DNA from: Balanoglossus misakiensis
Lineage: Eukaryota > Animalia > Hemichordata
DNA: 64,000 nt
Direction: 5' to 3'
Assembly: GCA_040954595.2 (NCBI GenBank)
Contig: CM082597.2
Coordinates: 4,345,244 to 4,409,243 of the forward strand
The notes beneath the pieces were generated by a model that was given only the letters and a program-made list of their open reading frames with translations, ran no database searches and was not told the origin of the DNA. Positions 1-10,357 of the stretch are shown here, piece after piece. The stretch's first letter is position 1. Each line of letters begins with the position of its first letter. The position numbers were made by a program, and so were the translations under genes.

Positions 1-870
1 GCCCGAACAATGGAACGCCTGTTCGGTAATCGCTGTAATTTGGGCGTCCCTTTGAAATAAGATTCCGTGTCGCGATATAATCTTCTAGTACCCGCGAACA
101 GGCGGCGATTCCTTCACCACAGGGCACTTTTCTCTCTCTCGCACGAAGTGGGTGTCCTTCACCCTTTCAAAAGGTACTTTGAACCGAATTGCAATGACCT
201 CTCCGCGACCCAAAACCAAAACCGAGAGATTGCAAAATCGTCGTCCATCGAGTCGGGCCGGACAAAACAAAACAGGGCAGGTTGTAAGGGCTGGTACCTG
301 AAACCCCAACCGACCCAACGTGACGTACATTTAGTTCACCGTTCTGTTTTATCTGTGGGATTGTCAAACGCGATACCACCTTGATGTCGTTTGCGTTGAA
401 CACCTATCAAAACCACCAACAAGGGAGCCGGGACAATGGACTCGATATCGCCGAGACCTTGACTTGGGAGTCGCGTTTACATAATTGCCTGGTGCATATT
501 TCAGAGATAAATTCAAACACCACGCCTCAGACTGCTGTCTTTAAAACTATTCTCTACACGGCGTATTCACTCGCTTTTGTTCGATCGGCATTGATATGTA
601 TGACTTGGTCGCTGGGCGCTCGTTGTAGCCCCGTTGCAGGTGTGTTACAATATGCGGCCGCAGTTTACAACGAACGTGCGTGGCACCTACACGACGCAGT
701 TGACAATGACATACAAATATCCCTCCCCGTCAACATAGAAATGTCCTACCTTGATCAAAAACTGGCGAATGCCAAACCCTGGTGCTCGGCGTTCACGCCC
801 GCCTTGTTCGCTTCGGCACTTGTCCCGTATTGAAGTTAACAACCGCTTTTAAAAATGAACTACGACAGCG
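1..870 (-). other. Possible spliced 5' leader exons of an unidentified gene continuing left of the window
   Basis: Minus-strand donor ATCAAG|gtagg at 750/749, a 24-nt exon 403-380 (ttttgatag|GTG...ATCAAG|gtgg) and an acceptor gtttcag| at 297. It lies just downstream of a CRE/YY1/CCAAT motif cluster. No recognisable protein. Confidence 0.3.
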
Positions 871-884
871 AGGGCCAAAGTTCC

Positions 885-942
885 GGGGCGTGACGTCACG
901 GGACGGTGCCCAACAACGCCGCCCCCAATAGTCCGCCATTTG
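885..942. promoter_or_regulatory. Promoter-like motif cluster (CRE/ATF palindrome, CCAAT, YY1)
   Basis: cGTGACGTCACg palindrome at 889-900, CCAAT at ~925, CCGCCATTT (YY1 core) at ~933-941, GC-rich context. Confidence 0.45.
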
Positions 943-1847
943 TGATTTAAAAAATCGGTCACCGAAAGACGAAAAGGTAATGTATTCGTTTTGAGTGAGG
1001 GCGTGTCATTCCCAAGACGCGAAGAATGACCAAACTCACACGTTTCGCAGATTAGCATATAACTTCTATCCGTTACGTAAGAGAATTCCTTTAATTGCCA
1101 CCTGGTCTATAATGAGGCAGGTTTCTTTGTTTTCAATCTCGGTTGCAACGCAAAGATTTCAACACCAGGATTTTCCCCAACGACCTTCTAACTCATTGCC
1201 AGTGACTCTCGTAGTGTAAAGCAACCGTTGCATACCGACTACCATGTCTCACAGTTTCTCGTTGATAGACGTTCAGTATATAGTTTTGAGTAATTCACTG
1301 GTATAAAACTCCACTTTATGTAACACACGCGTACGATTACGTGAATCAGTAAAAGAAACACTGACGTAATTGTAGAGGTGAAGAATACCGTATGCAGACA
1401 AGTTTGTGGTGATCATTATTTTATTTTGAAAATGTCTATACACAGCCTAAAAGTTCCAGCGAATAAAAAAGACGCCAATAATATCCAAAATGGCCCCGAA
1501 AAAAGGAAATAAAAACATTGTTATATAGACTGTCCTATGCAACGTAACCACGAAGTCTAGATTTATTTTGAGAACGAAAATGGGCCTGTGTTTTCTGATC
1601 TCAGGCTGGTGTTATTAAAGGGACTCTCGTAGTGTAATGCACAGCAGACCCTTTGTTCCCTATAAACAGACCGTACACACAAATAAAAGCTAGGTCTATA
1701 GTTTATATATGTATAGAAACATCCACGTTTACAAATATGGGCCTTTAAGCAACACTAGTCCCCCGTACTAATGCTTTGCATCGTCAGCGTAAAATTGTCT
1801 GTCAAAAAGTTCATAAATAAAACGATGGACAGAGGTTTCCGGCTTGT

Positions 1848-4800
1848 CTAGTCGCCTTCTTCATCCGCGACAGCGCCCTCAACAATATCATTAGCATGTT
1901 CTTCCTCGGCGTCTGTTTTCTCCGTGGTGGTTTCGTGAGAATCGTCGCTGGTTTTCGCGGAGGACTTCGTCTCCACTGCTTCGATCACTTCCGTTAGGAC
2001 GGTGGTGACAGGGTTCTCGTCTGTAACAACTTCCGTCTGCTGTTCCCCGTCTGACAATAGAGAGAACCGCGAATGTAACAGTAAATGTAGCAAGAACCGG
2101 TAAATGTAACAACGTGGGCGCCATGCCGTGCCATTACATTGTAAGTCAGCGACGTCCTGTCTACAAGAATTGTTTACAGAAAACTGAAGATGGGCGTTTC
2201 AAAATAATTAGAGAGCTCTAAAACTCTTTATTGAAATCCAGAAAATTCCATATAGTTGTTCATTATTCCACTATGAATGTGCTCTGACTTTAGACGAGAT
2301 ATTTGTTTCTGCCCATATGTGGTGCACTTGCAGGCCAAGTACAATCAAACGCCACGTGGGGTTCGATCATGACCACTGAACGACCCACATACCGTTTTTC
2401 GTCGTCTTTTCGTCTTCCTTTTCTTTTTCAATTTCCAATATTTCATCCAACTCGGGCACGCCTCTGGTGATAGCGGAAATTTCCCCAGCTTTCCACGTCG
2501 GTATGATTATAGTCACCGGCTCGTCCTCTTCTGTCTCACCCCCTTGTTGCTATAACAACGAAAATAACGCTAACTGATTACAGATTAAACTGCACATGTG
2601 AGATTTTCCTGTTTATAAACAAACCGTCACCATTGTTTCTGCTGTTCAGTGAGACCCGACCGACCAGTACAAGTTGTATTAAAGTAAAGTGTTGGAAATA
2701 TGATAAAAAGTAACAGTGCATTGTTCGCTGTGATATACATTGTAATACAAAGTAACGAGCACATTGTTTGCAATGATGTACATTGTAATACAAAGTACCA
2801 ACCACATGGTTTGCAATGATGTACATTGTCATACAAAGTAACAACCACATTGTTTGCAATTATGTACATTGTACCACAAAGTAACAACCGCATTGTTTGC
2901 TATGATGTACATTGTAGCAGTAACACTACACTTGCTCCTACTCAGACTTGCTGGCAACTGCATCGTATGAGAACCATACCCGCACGCGCAGGCGGGCCGA
3001 CCCCGATTACCATGCAAATCTAATTACAAAGTACGGCGCTATGCTTTCCTTACTAACCTTTTCCACTAGAATGTATTTTCCGCGTTGTTCGCAACCAATC
3101 TCGAACATATATTTACCGGGACCCTCGGGCTGCCGAATAAATGATAATTTAAAAAAAAATCACGAGGTAATTTTTGTCAGAAATATGTTTTGTGCAAGGT
3201 CAGCTCAAGTGATAAAATACGATAAACTGACAGTGTACAGAAGTTTATTGCTTTTCAATGTGTGATAGTAACGCATTGCATATGATGCCAAATAATGAGG
3301 GCGAACTTAAAATATCAGGTTGTTACAAGACATGGACAGGCCATTTTAGTCATATATGGACATATGTAAATCAATGGATACCTTTATCAAACAAGAAATT
3401 CACAGGCCAAAACGGTTATGAATCGAAAAGTAAATATCACCTACGTTGTTATCCTTCATAAGTCCATGGTATTTGTGATTAGTGTGTATAACTTCCCCCA
3501 CTCCATCTCGTTTACCGTGGACATATGTGCCGATGTACTTGCTGCCGGTCATTTTATAGGTGTACACCCCCTGGCCGTGTTTAAGGTTCTGCAGCCACTC
3601 GCCCTCGTACGTGTCGCCGTTTATATAAGTGTAGACCCCGTAACCATGGCGGAGATCGTCTGCCCAACTACCTGCGATGAAACCGATTTGGAAATTTCAT
3701 AGATGTAGTATGACATTCATTACAATATTGCAAAATGGATGACATTTTGAAGCGACTGGTTATAGGACAAGAAGCCTCCTTCAAACAAGAGAACCACAAG
3801 CGGAGAGAAGAAATAGTACGCACACACTAACGACAGCCTCTTACCTTCGAAATGTGAACCATCGGGATATGTGAATTTACCATGGCCATGTTTCTTGTTA
3901 TATTTGTATTCCCCTTCGTACCGAGCGCCATTCTTAAAGCGATATACGCCCTAAGGGATGGAACAAAATACATGTGACTGCTCAGTACAATAAAATCAGT
4001 CCATTCTCTCACCACATCCCATAATAGTAGCACCAGGCATAATCAACAAACAATCATACCCGTATGACGTAACCTAGCCTACCTTTCCATGCCGTTTGCC
4101 GTGTTCGTACAAACCATCGTACACGTCACCTTTTGCAAATGTCGCTCGACCTTTCCCATGCCGCTCATCCTTGACGTTCCTCTCGCCTTCATACTCCTAG
4201 AGGGCGGTAAAACGTGTTTTTAGGGAAGCCACGTGAATATGACACATCAAATGGAGCATATACTTGTAGCCATGGTAGCAGATTGTGGCGAAGAAGTACA
4301 CGGATGACACAGTCTTCTCTCGAATGAACCAATGAACCCATTCAAATACAAACTATTTACAGCACTACGACCAAAACTTTACCTACAGTGGGACAAAACT
4401 GCCAGAGTTTCTCATATTTAAATATAAAGTATTGAAATGCAAAACAAGTATTAAAATGCAAATTAAGAGCGAAGGGGGTGGTTATTCTTTTCTCCACAGA
4501 TTACATTGGTAAGGACAGAGGGCAAGATGTATTAAAGATATCTTGTCGGTAACCGCCAAATCAGCAACCATGCTATTTGAGTTGAGGTAAAAAATGGAAC
4601 TTTTCAATGGCCTTTGTCGTTTTTTGGCGGCAAACAGTTTCCAGGTGTCGTTCCATCCGGGAACTCCATATTAGCATGTGCGTTCGCGGCCATTCCTGCC
4701 AGACTAACCACAACTCAAAGTATAGACGTTATATGTACATGTACATATAAACAAACCTAAGAAATACAATGCAGTGGTGGGCGTGACATAGGACCACAAG

Positions 4801-6060
4801 GTTAGCGAGGTCACAGGTTGACCAGCCAATTCATTTAGTGATAACAGAGTCGATAAAAGTCAACTCTATATACATGTACATGCATTTTACAGCGACTGCT
4901 TGCCAACCCTGGCATGTGCACTGTTACACTTACTGATGGAGTATACAGTTTTGACAGCGACTCGGTGAATGCCATATGGCATAATTCCCCGAATATTACA
5001 ATATTATGAGGAGCGAAACTGCGAGATCTTAATATGCTAGATTGGGAAACATTTAACAGGAGTATTTTGCCAATTTCTCGATCGGTAACGAATAGTGCAA
5101 GGGGTCAATTCTTCAGCTTTAAATCAACATGTACACGTCACAGGTAAATATAAACACAACCCTATCAAGACAATGTTGTGGGGGCTTGGTGTATAAAGTA
5201 TAGAGAGCAGTAAGGTCAAAGACTGGGGAGTCAATTGAGTTGGCGATAACACAAAACAAAGTCAATAACAGTAACCTGTACAACATTTGACAACCAAGGT
5301 ATTTAAACTGTAGTACGTGTACTGTTGAGTTTCAAACAAATCGTGTATTATGGCAACGACATAGTACTCAATTTTCCTGAAATCACCCCAATTTCGCTAA
5401 TTTATGGTACATTTTGCATTAAAACGTTGCAATGAAGCGAACCTGATTGATTTCAAGGAGTCAAGTAGTGTATCCACATTCAGAGGCACGGAAGCCAGTA
5501 TGTGGTGAAGGTGCCAATTAGAGAACGACATATTAGAAATCCATATTGAATTTTGATTGACTAGCACATGTCCGGGTCATTGGTTTACTATCTGTCGAAA
5601 AGACACAAAGTATGTCCAAAAAAATCTTAGGAAAGAGAGAGATTCATTTGACCCATAAACACCAAATGTGTAGTTTAATGAAATGACTGTATTATCCATA
5701 CCTACGCGGCTTAGCAACCACGAATGACTACACACGTCAAACTTCAAAAATCAGCACACGCTAACAGGCCGTTAATGTCAGTATAACTCAAAAATTACCG
5801 AGAAGAATATGGGCACGTGGACACACCTTACATATTTGTTGCCGAAATACACGAGGTAAACTGTAGCGCCAAGAAAAACACCTGTTTGACGCAAGTGTAA
5901 CTTTGTCACGTGCTCGCCCCTGACAGCACTGATTGTATAGAACGCTAACTTCAGAGGGAGACAGCATTGTCTTCTTGTAACAAGAAAGATGGTTTACTCC
6001 ACTTACCCCTAAATAGCTGACATTCTCTTCCTCTTCTCCAAAATCCGAAAAATCAGACAT
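1848..6060 (-). CDS. RSPH1: Radial spoke head 1 homolog (MORN-repeat ciliary protein), ~310 aa
   Basis: Seven GT-AG exons in continuous frame: 6060-6007, 4196-4083, 3950-3845, 3671-3445, 3129-3058, 2549-2393, 2050-1848. Translation [18 protein letters not shown]|[38 protein letters not shown]|[36 protein letters not shown]... has MORN repeats, [19 protein letters not shown] and an acidic tail, collinear with vertebrate RSPH1. Confidence 0.93.
2707..2916. repeat. 43-bp minisatellite, ~5 copies, in RSPH1 intron 5
   Basis: Unit tgatgtacattgtaatacaaagtaacaaccacattgtttgcaa, repeated with substitutions. Confidence 0.9.
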
Positions 6061-6146
6061 TTTTATGATTTGGAGGGAAACTATATACCAGTATCAGAAA
6101 ATGCAGTAACGTCCACACACACAGGTTCAGTTGGTGTAAGCCGGCA

Positions 6147-6236
6147 GTTGCCAAGGACGCCAAATACCCGTATGTTGAGGTCGATACAGCTGGAGTGCCA
6201 GTCTCTCGGACTTTAGACTCTCGTTGCCATGACATC
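6147..6236. promoter_or_regulatory. Two RFX X-box-like motifs upstream of RSPH1
   Basis: GTTGCCAAGGACGC (6147-6160) and GTTGCCATGACATC (6223-6236), 90-175 bp upstream of the ATG. RFX X-boxes are the established regulators of ciliary genes. Confidence 0.65.
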
Positions 6237-6758
6237 CAACACAACAATGATGGCCCTGCAGCGCGTGGGTTTAACAGGTCGCCTTAAATGCGGCAGGTTT
6301 TATAGTAACAGTTTACAATATTTCATGGGGTGTTTCAGGTAGCCTGAAAATCAAAGTATTTAACTTTCATATTTTGCTCAAAGAAAAAAGCGAGCGATGG
6401 ACAAGTTATTTTAAATATTGAGAACACTCCTTTATTAGTGATTTTTCTGTAATGATAACACACGTCTATTAAATTACAAAAGTACTTAATTATTCAAATT
6501 AGTTAAATTATTAAAATACAAAAAAATCACGTCTGTACATATATTACATATGTAAAATACGACTTGAGCTGTACATGAATTTACAAGAGTATGTAAATAT
6601 GACGGCGCGTGAGCAAATAATAGACTAGAGGGGGGGGGGCTAAAATGTGTACTTTAACACTCACTAAAACAAACATCTTCGATATACTTGTGCGTGAAAT
6701 AAAAAACAAAACAGACTCAAAATGGCTGCGGTTCAAAATGGCAAGGTTTGACACAAAC

Positions 6759-7385
6759 TCAGAACGAATTCCCTCGCCTCAAATCATCAGCAGCGAAATT
6801 TGTATTGGTAGTCGTGCATTTTTGTACATGTACATTCAGTGGCAACACACAATCAAAACCCATCTCACATTTTGGACACACGTAGGGGTATGCGTCTCCA
6901 CGTGGGTGTGGAAACTGGCCGAGGGCGGAATGACCGCTTCCGGTGACGTCAATATTAGCACGCCCTCTGTAGTCTAGCGGGGACGATTCCCTTGCACGGT
7001 CAAATAGAGTGTTTTCGCTTTTTCTTTGACCACTAACACCGTTGCCGTCCAAATGACCGGTCAGTGATTCAATGTCGGCGCGGTGCAACTCACCCAAGTT
7101 GTCCCGACCGCGAAGAAAGACCAGCAGCGTCTCCAGAAGCGGATTTCGGGGGAGTTCGTTCACACTTCTACCGGGAACAACGGCTGTGTTGTCCGTTCGA
7201 CACAACGGGCACTTCAACAGCCCCCGGTTCGAGGAAAGAACGCGCCGTAGGCAGGCTTCGCAGAAGTCGTGCTTGCACTTCGGCAGCGTCCTCGGCTGGT
7301 CGTATCGATCCAAACAGACGGGGCACGTCAGAAATTCAACCAGTCGTTGTCTCAGACCTTCAGTTTTCCGCTGTAGTTCTGCCAT
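6759..7385 (-). CDS. RING-finger (C3HC4, TRIM-type) protein with C-terminal NEMO/optineurin-type CCHC zinc finger, 208 aa, single coding exon
   Basis: ATG at 7385 (MAELQRK), preceded by an acceptor ctttcatttcag| at 7402. RING CPVCLDRYDQPRTLPKCKHDFCEACL...LKCPLCR; C-terminal CPKC-x12-H-x3-C (CPKCEMGFDCVLPLNVHVQKC). Confidence 0.85.
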   Translation of the reverse strand: MAELQRKTEGLRQRLVEFLTCPVCLDRYDQPRTLPKCKHDFCEACLRRVLSSNRGLLKCPLCRTDNTAVVPGRSVNELPRNPLLETLLVFLRGRDNLGELHRADIESLTGHLDGNGVSGQRKSENTLFDRARESSPLDYRGRANIDVTGSGHSALGQFPHPRGDAYPYVCPKCEMGFDCVLPLNVHVQKCTTTNTNFAADDLRRGNSF

Positions 7386-9390
7386 GCTGGCAATACTCGC
7401 GCCTGAAATGAAAGACAAACCATCAGAAGAATCCGGCAATGGACTAAAACAACCACTGAAGCAAATATATTGAAAACGTCAACAAAAATGAAAGTTGCCA
7501 CGTCATGCATTGTCAATCTTGCATTTGGAGATGACGTCAAATTGCAAGGCATGTATTAGCTCACTAATGAATCATATCAGACTGAAGGAAATGAAGTCTG
7601 TCGGTCACTTGCAATTGATAGGAACGTTAACGCAATCCATAAATTATACCAGTTAATTCATATACAGTTGTATAAGCTTGGTATTCTGTATTAGTGTGCT
7701 TCCAACAGAGCGAAAATAACTTCCGCCCCGCCACAAAAATGCAACATTTCTACTTTTTAGTTAAGTTTACCGCGCTTGTGTACTGCTGTCCGGACCCTTC
7801 TAGCTCAATACGAATTTAGCCAGAAATCGTAGCCGAGGCGATACATACAAAACAAAACAAGAATGACCAGTCTTTTCTTGGTAAATGGTGTATGTCCACA
7901 CCAGCAAGCATAAAGTGATTAACAATCAAATCGGACAACAACGGGAATCGGTTCCGGACAACCAACTGTTTCACAATGCCCCCTATTGTCTACGTGTGTT
8001 CTGACAATGGGACTTATGTCAATAAGTATACGCGTATATCATCCGCTGTCAATTTTTTCTATTGGAACTGTACCAGAACATTACCAATACTCCCGTGACA
8101 ATGTTTCGTCATGTGACAGTTAATCAAGTGATATAAATAGCACGCGTATTGCGTTTTAGTGAGTGAAGAATGAAAAAGAAAATGCCATTTGACTATATTT
8201 TAAGACCATGACATAAGCTTACTTCAATCTTCTCCCTTATCCTTAGTCGACAATTGACACTTTTGAATTTTTGAGGATTTAACACCCATGTGCACATACC
8301 ACGATAACTGTGTTATTTCCATGGTCAGTTGAATAATTGGGTGTGGCACCAATTTATTACTTAACTTGTTCACATTTAAATGTACAACCATAATCAGAGG
8401 GTGATAATATGTTTGTGTATACATGCCCACTCAGTTAGATGATCATTATAATTACGAAAGTAAAATCATGAAAATAATTTTAAAACGGCAGTAATTGGGT
8501 GAATTCGCCATACAAAATTTTCATTGTTTTTTGCACTGTACTTATATTCTATCTTTCGTTTTTATGATCTAATAAAAGTTGAAATGTCACAAACGCGGTA
8601 CACTAGTGGTAATCACGAATATTTTAAAAACAATATGAGCATAAACAGTCCAATTGCAAACAGACGTACAGAGAAATATACAGAAATCCGACCTATACCC
8701 TAGAGGCAATTGTGTGGTGCGTAACACAGTTGCTGATTACGATCGGACATGCGCAGTGTTTTGTTGTATACAGAACGCTGACCTCTGCTCGACCCAACGC
8801 CGCACGTACACACCAGTTTAAAGCGACCCGGCCAACTATTCTTCTTCCGTGTTAATGGCACAAAATGCAAAGCGAAAGCGTTGGCTCACATAGCGACGGA
8901 AATCAACAACATGACAACCACCCTCGAGTCGGCTGCAAGTACATGAGCAGAAAAGTGCAAACGATTGAACAACGATAACAAAACTGTACTGACCTTGTTA
9001 CAGCGACCGCAATGGATACACTGGACGCGGCATAGGCAGATTCCAAGGCACCGCTGGGCGTTGATAAACACACGTACTCACACGGACATTTAAAATACCG
9101 ACGTGTTCAATAGCACACTCTTTTTCACGTGGACATAATTATCGTTATTTGGGGTTTAAATTATGGGGTTATTATTATTGTGTTCGGGTGTTCAGTTCAA
9201 TTTGGAATATCAGGTTCCTTTCCGTAGACAGGGCGCTCTTGTTGTCGTAACCCGCTGATCGCCTGAATGTCCCTGTATTCGCCTCGCTCAACCAGTGAAA
9301 ACTGCGCATGCCCAGTGCGAATGTCGTTCTGCATATACCGAGTACTCTGTTCTGCTACGTGACTTTACAATCGTACTCGGGAGTTTTTAA

Positions 9391-9459
9391 GGGAATTTCC
9401 CGGGTAGTCTGCGAAGTCGCGTGTCATTGCATTCTCTAGAAAGCATAGTGGAAATGCCC
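9391..9459. promoter_or_regulatory. Pair of kappaB-like sites upstream of the RING-ZF gene
   Basis: GGGAATTTCC at 9391-9400 (canonical) and GGAAATGCCC at 9450-9459 (GGGCATTTCC on -), with a TTC-N4-GAA between them. A candidate first-exon donor gtgagt lies on - at 9081. Confidence 0.4.
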
Positions 9460-10112
9460 TTGCAGACGAGATACATTTATTTGGAACATCGTCGTCGTTA
9501 AAAATGAAGTTTTGTAAATTGGATTGTATTTCAACTTGAATTAATAACGACCAGGTCAATTTATATAAGAAGTTTTAAATTCAATGTGATTTAAATTTTG
9601 CTGAGCAGGAAAGTATGACTACCGGAACAAAATTTTTACCTACCTAAATTAAAAACAATTTAAGGAAACAAGCTTTTTCTTAACCTGATACATCGAATTA
9701 AAAGTTGGATACAGGTACATGTAGTTGACATTACGATTCATTTTTGTCAGCGCAGAATTCGGAGAAATTCACGGGCTAAACAAAGGCTCGTTGAAACATG
9801 ATCACACGAGGGCGCACTAGCAAGACAGGATATAGTCACCGTGTATTTTTGGTGGTTTTTGTTGTGATTACGTTGTGTTACATAGTATGTAAAGTTATTT
9901 AGTTTGGTCCGCATAATGGAATGTGTTCAAAGAACGATTGCTCGAAATGTAAATTACGATCGACTGAATATTCATGGCGTAATAAAGTAGGATATAAATC
10001 ACTTGCTCTTATATAAGACCCAAGATTCCAACCTAAGTAAGTTCCAGGTACCATAACAAGGAAAAAAGTTAAAATTTCGTTGAAGAATCCGCAGTACATG
10101 TAGATACACAAA

Positions 10113-10295
10113 ACGAAATTGAGCGGCTTAAATAGGCCTAGGGTTTTACCAATCAAAGACATACACATACCGACTACAATGTACGTTGTAAATTATGTGT
10201 CTGACGAAATTGATCGGATTAAATAGGCCTAGGGTTTTACCAATCAAAGACATACACATACCGACTACAATGTACGTTGTAAATTATGTGTCTGA
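10113..10295. repeat. Near-perfect 91-bp tandem duplication just downstream of the TRIM stop (putative 3'UTR)
   Basis: acgaaattga(g/t)cgg(c/a)ttaaataggcctagggttttacc...tatgtgtctg starts at 10113 and again at 10204. Confidence 0.95.
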
Positions 10296-10357
10296 GATAT
10301 CTGGCGTACTGTCCCTGGTTTTCAGGTTGCTTACGTTTGTAAATGACAATTCTGTAT

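Noticed and set aside
381-833. 150-aa plus-strand ORF
   Set aside because: No recognisable motif or coding bias; it overlaps the probable minus-strand leader and intron.
2578-3023. Cys/His-rich repetitive ORFs in an RSPH1 intron; possible CRISPR-like array
   Set aside because: They are translations of a 43-bp minisatellite with contiguous units and no unique spacers, in a eukaryotic context.
7386-7439. N-terminal extension MPDSSDG... given by the ORF track
   Set aside because: It begins at TTG and crosses a splice acceptor at 7402; the ATG at 7385 is the more likely start.
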